DNA of 64,000 nucleotides from Macrostomum hystrix (GCA_950097015.1 CATNEN010000002.1:8122001-8186000); one strand, 5' to 3'. Positions 1 through 11,568 are shown, counted from the first letter of the stretch. Numbers and translations: made by a program. Notes: generated by a model from the sequence alone, not told the origin.

Positions 1-234
1 CGGCAGCGATAGCGGCAGCGATAGCGGCAGCGATAGCGGCAGCGATAGCGGCAGCGATAGCGGCAGCGATAGCGGCAGCGATAGCGGCAGCGATAGCGGC
101 AGCGATAGCGGCAGCGATAGCGGCAGCGATAGCGGCAGCGATAGCGGCAGCGATAGCGGAGCGGATAGCGAAGCGGATAGCGAAGCGGATAGCGGAGCGG
201 ATAGCGGAGCGGATAGCGAAGCGGATAGCGGAGC
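1..234. repeat. 12-bp satellite (CGGCAGCGATAG)n, degenerating to CGGAGCGGATAG
   Basis: Direct tandem repeat; the same unit recurs at 63841-64000. Confidence 0.97.
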
Positions 235-467
235 ACTGCATAATACAGAGATGTTTCACATTTCCCCACAGAAGCGGAACCACTCCCCGGACACTCCTGA
301 TGCACACTCCTGAATTATGTTATTGGCGATATACAAAAATTGTTCATTTTTTAGACTGGGAAGTATGTGTAGCAGATGAGCAATGTAGCAGATGATCGAT
401 GCAATATATTTTGTCATGCTTCATTTTGCTTTTTCCTTATAAAGCATAAGCCTTTTCTTTTTTTCAG

Positions 468-3400
468 AAATCAGAAAGCTCACATATGTTGTCACCTACA
501 GATCGCAACAGCATCTTTGCGGCAGCTAGAATTCTCAATGAAACGGAGGAATACGCAAACCTTTTGAATTTGAGTGCAGAATTCCGCGAACTCTATAAGT
601 GTATTAGCGAAGCATCCATAAAGGCAGGAACCATTGGGTTTAGCTTAGTTTTCGGTCCAAGTGGTACTGGTAAAACAACCCTGCATAGGTATGCTGCAGA
701 TGTTTTCAAGAAGGCTAGCTTCCCCACCTTTGTCCTGCCTTCTGATATCGCCAATGAACAAGCCGTTGTGACTGCTCTTGAAAATAATGGGTACAGTGAA
801 GTTTCTGCTATTCAAGAGTTTGGAATCCAAGTTGGCGAGTTCATTATTCAGCAACTAAGTCAAAATCGTTACGCTGAGCTTCGATGTTCTAATGATCTAT
901 TTGTGGCATCCATGCTGGAACCGCGCAAACCGTTTAAGAGACTACCAGGATTCGTTCTGTTGCATGATGCCACAAAAGAGGACAATCCAAATCCTGAAAA
1001 AAAACGCAGGTCTCGGAACATCTCCCACACTGCTTGCGAATCCCTTTCATCAAGTGTGAATGAGAGCCCAAAAGCCAAGAAGATGAGACTTGCGTACACA
1101 TCACCACCACACCGCTACTCTGGGTCACAACCGAGTGTGAAGAAGTCACCGTTGCAGGATGATAATGACTGCAAGGAAGCTCCACCAATCTTCAAGTTTG
1201 AGGTTGGATCATCAGTGCCATCAGTTACGTTTCCACTTTGTATGTCTGATTCGCACATGGCTGAAATGTACACTGACATTGACGACAACAAATACATCAC
1301 TTTTATGACAAGCCTCATGAGGGGATTGTCTGGGACTGGCACTACTGGAAGCGGTGCCATTGTGTGCTTCAGCAGTCGTCTTTCTCCACCCATGAAAGTG
1401 GACTATGAACGTGGAGAAGTCTTTGCTGCTACTGTAACTTCTTCAGCAAGACCTATTGTATACATGCGCCTAAACCCTGCCATGTCGCCAGCAGAAACTG
1501 ATTGCATTCATCGGTGAGTTTCCTTTTAATTAGCTATTGTGTTATTGAGCGTGTCAAGCCTTGTTATTTCTGATCTTATCAGCACCGATTAATCAGTTCA
1601 GTAGGCAGGAGTTCATACTCAGTTGGTTAGAATATATGTGAGCACTATCATTATTATGTGACATTAGGGGGTTGACTGGCTGGGTCCGAAATTACCGCTA
1701 ATGGGGGTGTATGTTATGTATTGACAATGTCTCTCATTAGGGTCTATTCGAATTCGCCGGGGAGAATGAGCAAATTTCTGAGGGAAAGTGGGGGCCAATA
1801 CAAGACTCCCTGTGGGTTGAAAAATAGGGCTAAAAATACTGGTTTGGGAGAGTATGGCCGCCAAGCATTAACAGTGTTCTCTGTCAAAACAATTATGATC
1901 ACGCTTTCCTCCCACAGGTATGTGCATACCAAACTCGTCGAGACATTAGAATCAAGTGGATTCCGCATAAACTCCGGTTTCAACCACTCGATTGCACGAC
2001 TGCTAGGGCTTGCAATTACCGGATTAGAGCATTCTATGCTGCGTTTAAAAGATTTTATTATCCAGTTAGAGGCGTGTTACCCTCAAGACGGACAAACTGA
2101 GTCCGGCCAGTTTTCCGATTCTTTGGAAAGAAAAATAGTCGATTTCTGCATGTCTGGCAACTTGACGGAATTAGAGGCAATTCACCTTGAGACAGTGGTC
2201 CGCAATGTCCCCGAGGGTTGGGAAGATTCTTTCTGCGCCAAATTGCTTATCGCAGCCTTCTCTGATGTGCCCGTGTCACTGACCAAACATGCAACTCGGG
2301 ATGCAGTGCTTCATTCCATTTTCCGTGTTATTAGCCAGTCTCCAATGAATAATTCTTCTGATATTTGCGTCCGCGTGGACAGTCGAATTACCAAAGTAAT
2401 ATTGACAAAACTGCAGGAATCGATCAAATGCAAACTCACTCAGGACATTCTCGGTCACTGCTGTGCTGTCTTGTTGCAGGCCGAAATTCCGAGTCACACA
2501 GGCACTGCTGTTCCCGGGGAGGCAATTTTCTTCGGTACTCGATTTGAGCAGGCATTTTTCTGCAAAACTGTCCTGCTATTGTGTTGCACCCAAATTGCAT
2601 TTGAGAAGCTTCCTCGCAATTGTTTTGGGCTGAGACAGCTGTTGCAACTCGGGTCAGATTCACCAACGAGCCAAAAAATGCAGGGGTGCGACAGGAACGA
2701 AGATGCTTTGCCCACGGGGCACAAAATCCCGTTAGTACGCTACTGCAAACGTGCTACCTTGATTAATCTGGAGGCCATAATCAAAGATTTCACCCAAGAG
2801 TTGACCAGGGAGGACCAGTCGGTTGTCAAATTCCTTGTCGTGAACACGCCAAATGTGACATCAGTGGACGTGGTGCTGGCTTGCGCTACATGTACCAGAA
2901 GACCGGACGCGAATGTGGATAGGAAGATGACGATTTGGCTGATCGAGTGTAAGTCGCTGTCTTTCATTAACATGCATTGTAAAAATGGTATTTAAGTTGT
3001 CGTTGTATTTAGGATTTAGTTGTAAAGTTAAAAGTATTTCAGTCTAATAGATAGTGAGTAATTGACTGTGTTTTCTGTGAGACCGACTATTGGTCACAAG
3101 TTTCCTTGGACCACTGTGATGTTTAAAGGACAGTTCTCAATTCCTTCACAAATAATATGGAGAGGAATATTCACATTTGGTAATTTTTCACTAGCAAAAC
3201 ATTTAATAATTTCCAGGCAAGTCATCGCTGCTTGCTGGACAGGATTTCAAAATGGCAGACAAGGACAGCCTGCTTGCAAAAGGCCAGCTGACATTTGAGC
3301 GCATCAAGACAGCTGCATCATCTGAAAACTGCTCTCTGAAGCTGAGCTACTCTATTCAGCTACTGAACAGGTCAGTAAGCTTCCAGGCCGCAGATCGGGA

Positions 3401-3629
3401 GCAACCGCCCCGTGCTGCGAAGAAGATTTCGCCATTGGATGTGTACTACAGTGAGCTCAGCGCATGTTCTGATTCGCCGTTGTTTCTACCTGGAGTGGCT
3501 GTCGCTTCCTCTCCGGAAATGTATATCTCTTCTAAATGCCGTTGCACGGACCTGCGCAATCAACTTCAGGAGGCATTTCGAGGCGGAGATCCTGGCGAAG
3601 GGGAACCTTGTGTTGATATAGTGCGTTAA
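468..3629 (+). CDS. Spliced P-loop NTPase (STAND-like) plus C-terminal PD-(D/E)xK nuclease-motif protein, ~880 aa; exons 468/486-1513, 1741-2948, 3217-3629
   Basis: Walker A FGPSGTGKTT, Walker B-like GFVLLHDA, sensor-like AIVCFSSR. Donor CG|GTGAGT (1514) and acceptor TTAG| (1740) are both phase 2. Donor T|GTAAGT (2949) and acceptor TTCCAG| (3216) are both phase 1, giving VDVV..IECKSS. A phase-0 acceptor with pyrimidine tract at 467 suggests an upstream exon or trans-splicing. Confidence 0.75.
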
Positions 3630-3763
3630 TATGCTTTACTTGTGGGTGCCAGCAGTGAGCAATCTTTACAGAACGATATTTTACACCATTTTTACCCCCT
3701 GCTTTAAAATGTGTCAAGCCTCCTCTATTTTTTTGTCCTAATTAATTTTTTGTCTCACATTTT

Positions 3764-4368
3764 GAGCTGAAATGTTAGCGAAGCGAGCTGAAATGTGAGC
3801 GAAGCGAGCTGAAATGTGTGCGAAGCGAGCTGAAATGTGAGCGAAGCGAGCTGAAATGTGAGCGAAGCGAGCTGAAATGTGAGCGAAGCGAGCTGAAATA
3901 TGTGCGAAGCGAGCTGAAATATGTGCGAAGCGAGCTGAAATGTGTGCGAAGCGAGCTGAAATATGTGCGAAGCGAGCTGAAATGTGAGCGAAGCGAGCTG
4001 AAATATGTGCGAAGCGAGCTGAAATGTGAGCGAAGCGAGCTGAAATATGTGCGAAGCGAGCTGAAATATGTGCGAAGCGAGCTGAGATGTGAGCGAAGCG
4101 AGCTGAAATATGTGCGAAGCGAGCTGAAATGTGAGCGAAGCGAGCTGAAATATGTGCGAAGCGAGCTGAAATATGTGCGAAGCGAGCTGAAATGTGAGCG
4201 AAGCGAGCTGAAATATGTGCGAAGCGAGCTGAAATGTGAGCGAAGCGAGCTGAAATGTGTGCGAAGCGAGCTGAAATGTGAGCGAAGCGAGCTGAAATAT
4301 GTGCGAAGCGAGCTGAAATGTGAGCGAAGCGAGCTGAAATGTGAGCGAAGCGAGCTGAAATGTGAGCG
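3764..4368. repeat. 21-bp minisatellite (GCGAAGCGAGCTGAAATGTGA)n
   Basis: Tandem array; explains the repetitive ORFs at 3738-4439. Confidence 0.97.
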
Positions 4369-4640
4369 GAGTGGATAACTGATAAAATACGCCATTCCCC
4401 CCTTCCCTCATATTGTACCATATTGTTTTTTATGCACATTTTAAACTCGCTGCTTTTGCTTTACTTGTCTCTAATGTAACGTATTTAGTAGTGTCTTTGG
4501 TACAGCTGGATCTCAACTGATAGGGAATTAATTAATTAATTAATTGCTCACTTGTTTGTTTAAGTTTCCCTTTGCAAGCCCATTGTCACTTGTTTTCCCT
4601 TGCCTAATGTGTAAAAACTGTTTAGTTTTATGCTACCCTG

Positions 4641-4678
4641 GTCACACGGACTTACACCGATGTGTAAGTCCGTGTGAC
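4641..4678. repeat. Perfect 17-bp inverted repeat with 4-nt loop (collapsed MITE-like hairpin)
   Basis: GTCACACGGACTTACAC-cgat-GTGTAAGTCCGTGTGAC. Confidence 0.85.
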
Positions 4679-5447
4679 AACAATATGTTACAGTGCTGAA
4701 TTATGTTATTGGCAATATGCAAAAATGGTACATTTCAAAATGCGGATGGCAAATCGTAGAAGCGTTAACGGAAGTGATAGCGGAAGCTAATAATATGTTA
4801 TTTTTAGCTGTGCGCAGTGCACTTATTCTGTTGTTACTTTTTACACTTTGCATTGCTGCATGAATGACTTTTTCTTTACAAATACTGCAATTCAGAAAGC
4901 CCCAATAAGAAATGTACCATTTTTTATACTGCCAGTACATACTGCTCCATCTATTTTCTGCTAAATGCACTCGTACATGTCCTTTCTCACAACGCACCAC
5001 ACACAACGTTGCATGCGCACTCAGTGTCGGTGTCAGCATTATTATTTTAATAATCCTTTCTATACACTTTTTTGTATCCAATTTCTTCAGGTCATGCAAA
5101 CCTAAAATCGATTAATTTTTATTCCCTTATCTTGGTTGACCTGTAGGTTGGGTAGAGCGTAGGAGTAGGTTGAGTAGAGTGTTAGAGTAGGTTGGGTAGA
5201 GTGAAGGAGTAGGGTGGGTAGAGTAGAGAGCGGATTCTGAACGGGATGAGAGGAGGCGGTATAGAGGTCGTGTCAACATAATATTGTGCACCACTTGTCA
5301 TTCTATTTTTCTCATCTTTCGTTATCAATAAATCAAATGAAAATAGTTCGTATTTACGATCGCACGCTCGCAATGTTGTTTTATTGTGCACAAAACATGG
5401 AGCATTGTTTTTTGTTCATTTTTGCTTTAGACTGGAGAATGAGATGA

Positions 5448-6075
5448 GGGGTGGCTAGGTGGGGAATTGGGTGGCTAGGTGGGGAGTTGGGTGGCTAGGT
5501 TTGGAGGTTTGTCGGGCTAGGTGGGGAGTTGGCTAGGTGGGGAATTGGGTGGCTAGGTGGGGAGTTGAGTGGCGAGGTGGGGAGTTGGGTGGCTAGGTTG
5601 GGAGGTTTGTCGGGCTAGGTGGGGAGTTGGCTAGGTGGGGAGTTGGCTAGGTGGGGAATTGGGTGGCTAGGTGGGGAGTTGGTTGGCTAGGTGGGGAATT
5701 AGGTGGCTAGGTGGGGAGTTGGGTGGCGAGGTGGGGAGTTGGGTGGCTAGGTGGGGAGTTGGGTGGCTAGGTGGGGAGTTGGGTGGCTAGGTGGGGAGTT
5801 GGGTGGCTAGGTGGGGAGTTGGGTGGCTAGGTGGGGAGTTGGGTGGCTAGGTGGGGAGTTGGGTGGCTAGGTGGGGAGTTGGGTGGCTAGGTGGGCAGTT
5901 GGGTGGCGAGGTGGGGAGTTGGGTGGCTAGGTGGGGAGTTGGGTGGCTAGGTGGGGAGTTGGGTGGCTAGGTGGGGAGTTGGGTGGCTAGGTGGGGAGTT
6001 GGGTGGCTAGGTGGGGAGTTGGGTGGCTAGGTGGGGAGTTGGGTGGCTAGGTGGGGAGTTGGGTGGCGAGGTGGG
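5448..6075. repeat. 20-bp G-rich satellite (GGGTGGCTAGGTGGGGAGTT)n
   Basis: Tandem array; related copies at 15961-16250 (inverted) and 63121-63203. Confidence 0.97.
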
Positions 6076-6721
6076 ACTTTTATATGTAGAAACTCCAGTA
6101 TTGGAGTCCATACAGTAGAAACTCCAATAGTGGAGGCTTAACACTAGAAACTCCGGCAATGTTCTACTTCCGTTCGTTATATTATTTTTTGTTTGCAAAC
6201 GACAGATAACGAAAATAAACAAGTTTAACGGTAACAAAAAGTCTGTAGTTTGGTCAGACAGTTCTGAAAAGTCTTGGTCAGTCTTTCTTTCTCTTTCTTT
6301 CTTGAGAAGACTAAGACTTAGAGGGTATAGACGGCGCCATAAGAATTCTTCGAGGTGGCTTTCGAATAGAGCAGCACTCGTGCCATGCATTTGACGCAGC
6401 TTTGGCCTTTTGGCCTTTGCGAAATCTTTAGCTGCAGAATTTCTGTGCTTTAGCTTCCTGTTCCCCCATATTTGCCAGATTTTGCCATAGACATAGATCC
6501 AAGTGTCAAGTTATGGCAAAGCCACGTCAGCACAACTTTTTCAAACTCAGAATGCACGTGTGGCACGAATTCAAACGAAAAAATAATATAACGAACGGAA
6601 GTAGAACATCACCAGAGTGATACAATACTACAGGGCTGGCTACTTAAATCAGCCCATTTTACCAAACCACTGTTTCAGCTGCCCAACTTATTTAGTTGCA
6701 CGTCTCCACCTGGCAACTGTC

Positions 6722-8355
6722 CTGGACCAGAGAGATACTATATTCAAGGGCTGGCTGGTTAAATCGCCGCCATTTCAACCATCTGGTGGTGGTTCCAGCA
6801 TTTTCCGTAGGCCACAGCCACTTCAACCAGTGAGTCTAAAGTGCATTATCATCCATTAGTATTATTGCACCAATGATACAATTTCCTCATTTTTTATAGC
6901 GCTGGCGGCGTCGCTATTTCGTACTAAGCTGCATCAGAACTAAAGACCGCTCTAGCAACTACCTACTGACCTATTATGAAGACGCACTGCAGACTAAGCG
7001 CAAGGGCCGGGTGGATTTGGAGCACGCCAATAACATCACTACTTACGTAATTCCGCCAATATATCTGCTGAACAAGCTGCAGCCTAGGCTTCTCCGCGCC
7101 CCAGCAAGGCCAGCATTCTTCAGACGGGATCAGACGGCATTCTTCCTGCTGGAGACTGTCCACCGCAGGCAGATGCGCACCTACTATTTCCTGCCAGAGG
7201 GCAATACCATGGAGCGCTGGGTCAGCCATCTGCGCAACGCGTGCGGACTTGGCGAAGACGATCTGTCCGGGATAAATGATAGCACTATCGATCCCTCTTA
7301 TAGAGAACAATTTCCTCCTCTATCTGGTGCGTCATTTCTACAAGTGCAGCAATTTCAGCCGCTCTCCCAAAACATGCTTTCACCGTCTGGTCGCTACATT
7401 CCAGGCGATAGCATCGATGGCACTATCAGGTAAGAAATGTGGGACTAGACTCGCGATTTAGCCTAGATTATTTATAGCCTAGAATGTGGTCTTTACTCTT
7501 TGATAAATAACTGTAAATTAAGGGATTTTCAGTGGGATTTCTAAGCTATAATCAAAGGATTTTCAGTGGGATTTCTGAGCTATAATCAAAGGATTTTCAG
7601 TGGGAGTTCTGAGCTTTAATCAATGGATTTACAGCGGGATTTCTGAGATTTAATTAATGGATTTACAGCGGGATTTCTGAGATTTAATTAATGGATTAAC
7701 AGCGGGATTTCTGAGCTTTAATCAATGGATTTACAGCGGGATTTCTGAGCTTTAATCAATGGATTTACTGCGAGATTTCTGAGCTACAATCAAGGGATTT
7801 ACAGCGGGTTTCTAGACCAGAATAACGAGTTATTTAATAAAGCATGTCTATGAGAAATCTGTAATTCCATTTTACCGATCGCTCCACGCCTCAACCGGTC
7901 GATTCCCGTTAAATTCTTCGATCAGACGACCAACTGCCCAGGCACCTGAAGACGATTATAGCATGCCTCCAACGGTTGCTAGAGGAGGCGGTAACCCTAG
8001 CAACGAATATGATTATCGCATGCCTCCTAGTACAGACGAGGACGATTATCGATTGCCGCCACCGCATGTTACGGGCCAAAGTTTATATAAAACTGGTGAA
8101 GATGAGTATCGATTGCCGCCTGTTGCGTCTGATCACCCCGAATTCGTTGAAGAAGATTATCGATTGCCTCCACCGCTGACTGGAAACGCTCCGGCCAGCA
8201 CTGACGAAGACGCTTACCGGTTGCCACCACAGCAACAGCAGCAGCAGTTAGCTACTGCTAGTCGCGCCGACCCTGACGCCAGTCAATACATCAACCTGGG
8301 ACCAACCGGCTGCCACCACAGCAACAAGCACCAGAGTCAGCGTGGATCGGGTTAG
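6722..8355 (+). CDS. Gab/DOS-like PH-domain docking protein; exons ~6722-6829, 6900-7429, 7926-8355
   Basis: Spliced PH domain IFKGWLVKSPP..|RWRRRYFVL..LTYYED..KRKGRVDL..WVSHLRNAC resembles the Gab/DOS N-terminus. Donor GTGAGT at 6830 (phase 0), donor GTAAG at 7430 (phase 2) and the matching acceptors are in frame. Six Y-[SR]-[ML]-P-P motifs plus YINL. No ATG at the expected start (CTG at 6722). Confidence 0.8.
7522..7812. repeat. ~34-bp intronic minisatellite (GGATTTACAGCGGGATTTCTGAGCTTTAATCAAT)
   Basis: Tandem imperfect copies inside intron 2 of the Gab-like gene. Confidence 0.9.
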
Positions 8356-8367
8356 GCAAATTTTGTA

Positions 8368-8705
8368 TTGATAAATTCTAACTTAAAACCTGTCCCTCTA
8401 TTTTTTGTTTTGTCTATAGACCTCCTCCTGCTGATGACTCTTATCTTGTCAATGTTACAAAGTTGTGGCTTTGTAAATTCAGGCTATTTGCCTATTGGGT
8501 TAACTAATCCATCTAGCTCAATCCATTTAATTGGAGACTTTAATGCCCACTCTAATGCCCATATGTCTTGGCTGAAATCAAATGGCACAGATGCCCATTG
8601 TAATATTCTTAAACCAATAGGAAATTCTGATCACTGTCTAATTTGATGGGTAAATTTAAATTTCAATACCTCTTTGGCCGCATTTGATTCCAGCAAGGAT
8701 TCCAG
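8368..8705 (+). mobile_element. Decayed non-LTR retrotransposon APE-endonuclease remnant
   Basis: Residual motifs IHLIGDFNAH and PIGNSDHCLI; a diverged copy at ~62560-63122 retains CFVYRP. Confidence 0.65.
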
Positions 8706-8903
8706 TATATAGGATGGCGTAATCCAAGTTGCCATAATTGATTTTGCCCATTGTTTCTGTAGCCACCTCTTCGTTGACCTAATGATGTACTTTGGCATTG
8801 CAGCAAACATATTTGCTGCAAGGTTCAGCAATTCAATTCTGCACAGCAACAGCGAACTCTTGCTAGCTTGCATTTGAACATTAAAGTTTTTCATTGTTTT
8901 CAG

Positions 8904-10127
8904 AGAATCGCAGAAAATTGCGACCACCAAAATTCGCCAACTTCGCCGCGGCCTATCCGCAGTACTGCGAGTCCAGATGCCCGGCTGTCCTAGCCGGAGC
9001 TGATAGTGTCGATGGCGTCGGCCCGTGTTGTCAGCAGCAGCAGCAGCGACAGTTTCTAGTCGAGCTAAACTACGCCACGAATCAGGGACCGACTAAACTA
9101 TTAAGTTTTGTCTACGTCGGCTCTCAAACTGACGCCTGCGACTCAGATGTGATCCGGCGTCACGGCATTACCCACATATTGAATGTGAGCGCCAATTGTC
9201 CGCAGTCGGAGCACGTCGACGAGGCTAATTTCATGCGGGTTCCAGTTAACGACGGCTACGCCGACAAATTGTTGCCGCATTTCAAACTGGCTTTCCAGTT
9301 TCTGGGTATGTGTTTGTTTTGCCTAAAAAACTTTTTTCTCGGCTATTGGCACTTAAAAGTTGTACATTTTTTGCCTATATGTATCGAAAAAATGTTTTAT
9401 CGACAGTACGTTTAAAAGTTTGTATTAAGCCGATATGTATCGAAAAATATACAAATATATCTTTATTCTCTTGCATTTTAGACAATGTCTGGCGTAGCAA
9501 CGGTCGCTGCCTTGTACACAGCCTTGCTGGCGTATCTCGCTCTCCAACCATGGTGATTGCATACATTATGCAGCATCTCAATATGACTCAAGATCAAGCT
9601 TATCAGTGAGCGGAATTTTATTTTTATAAGCGATATGCATTTTTAGAAAGGCTAATTATGCACAACCTAACAAAGTGACTTCTTCTGTTTTTAGCTACGT
9701 TAAGGCTCGCCGGCCTAGTATTAGTCCGAATTTCAATTTTCTTGGACAACTTTTGGAATTCGAACGCCAACTTCAGCAGCAAAAGCAGCAATCTGAGTCT
9801 TCGGCATCAACAGCAGAGGACTCAGACTCATCCTGCTCAGAAGCGAAGCGTCAGAAAAGATTCTGTCTGACGGCCGCCTCTGCTGCTTCAATAGTGGCTA
9901 GCACTGTCAGTGCAATGTCTAAAATGTCTTTCACCGCCCAGCAACAGCATCAGCAGCAGCGATCTGCCATTACCACAACTGACCGCATTGCAACTAAAAG
10001 GCGCCAACGACCGCTCAGTGAAGTTCTGCTTGACGAGAATTCCACTCCGTCTAATTCAACAGCATCGTCAGCTGCTGCTGTTGCTACCTCTTCCTCTGCG
10101 GCGCTTCCGCAAGCAACCACTGCCTAA
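8904..10127 (+). CDS. DUSP8/16 (MKP)-type phosphatase domain with catalytic Cys->Ser and most of the rhodanese domain missing; exons 8904-9305, 9482-9605, 9695-10127
   Basis: GPTKLLSFVYVGSQ..GITHILNVS, VHSLAGVSRS (AGC at 9520-9522), RRPSISPNFNFLGQLLEFE; splice phases 1 and 2 are consistent. Confidence 0.85.
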
Positions 10128-10511
10128 TAATAATATTAATAATGACTTACCTTGAGACAGTACAAATGTCATATTTTTGCAGCTAAATCTGGTAATTATT
10201 TTGCATGGTTTATAGTCGGCTAATTAATAATACCAGCCGAAATGAAAAATTTTAACGCCTCAAGTATTAAGCTTGCATTCCCGAGTCCTATTATAATTTG
10301 TGTCTCCTTTCTGTACTTTTTGTTCTAATAACGATTAAGTATTCCGTGTACATGCAGCCAAAGCACAATAAATCTGATTTCTATTTATTTTTTATTCTTC
10401 ACATGCTCAATTGTAAAATACTGTTTGCTTCAGACTCAAAGCACGACAATTTAGCAATAAGGCTTGTCAATTGTTAGTACTGGGATAATAATATTAATCG
10501 ATTCTGTAGTT

Positions 10512-10701
10512 CTGAAAGTCAAAGTCATGGAATTCTAAAAAGAGCCACAACTTTCTGTCCCGACCATCTAGAGGCGCCGGACTGGCGCCTCTAGACTCAG
10601 GGCGTCAACCTCTAGTCGAGAAATGTCATTTCCAACATTGCCCGCCAATGACGGAAATTTCGACATGGGAAATTCTCGATTTAATATTGCTTTTAGACAA
10701 G
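10512..10701 (+). repeat. Fragment of the ~385-bp dispersed/tandem repeat with 12-bp hairpin
   Basis: Contains TCTAGAGGCGCC-ggact-GGCGCCTCTAGA; matches copies at 22.6-23.7, 46.9-47.4 and 60.9-61.4 kb. Confidence 0.9.
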
Positions 10702-11568
10702 CAGTTACATAGTGGGCTGGTCGGCCAGTCGGAGTCGAGCAGCTAAGAGAATTCTATACTACTTGCAGTATAATGAAGCGGGTTTTTTAGGCGTAAAACG
10801 GCTGTAGATAGTTTAGCTTGCGTCGGACAGTCTCGCGACCGTCAAATTCCGACTCTACGCGTCGAAGTACATCGGACTAGGTGTCTTTGTTTTTTCAAAG
10901 TGTCTCTGCCAAAATTTTGTACTTAAAGGTCTAAGGGATTGACTGGCCAGTTTCGGGAAGTCCGTCTGTCTCGGCGGAATCTACCACGAGCAGGTGGCAC
11001 CTAATTCCGATGAATACAATTCGATAGAGCATCACTAGAGCTTTCGAACGACACCAAGCACGTCCGGAAATACCCACTAGAAGCCTGGCAAAGTGCATTG
11101 AAAGTCTCAAGGTACCTACAGGCACTGTAACGGTGAGGTGGAAATTACACCTTGCGGGAACGGCTGCCAGTCGAAGACGGTAGCACATCTATTGATGAGA
11201 CAAACGGCAACCGACGCATTCTAAAGACTCACCTGCCCAGACTGAACCGGTCTCGAATGGCATCCAGTCAAACTTGAGCTATACAGGCCTGTCTAGCCTG
11301 GCATTTAGGCGCCCCACCGGTCACAAAAGTGCTTTCCGAGTGCCCCTTAATTTTGATGGATCTCGGCCGGACTTGACCACCTGTACTCTGGGATAAATGT
11401 AGAAGCGATCCCCGCCGAAATCCGGGGTCAATAGGTCACTCTATGGGGCCAGTTTGTTGCGCACTACTTAGCCTAGGCAAACGCTAGAAAACGACTGAGG
11501 GAATTATTACACCTTACTTGGCGCGGTGCCAAAAAAGAACGGTGGCATCTACCTGCGCGCCGCGAGCG

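Noticed and set aside
3738-4439. Long ORFs with AHISARF / LASLTFQ repeats
   Set aside because: Translations of a stop-free 21-bp satellite, open in several frames.
4701-5099. 132-aa minus-strand ORF
   Set aside because: AT-rich, with no recognisable motif or splice support.
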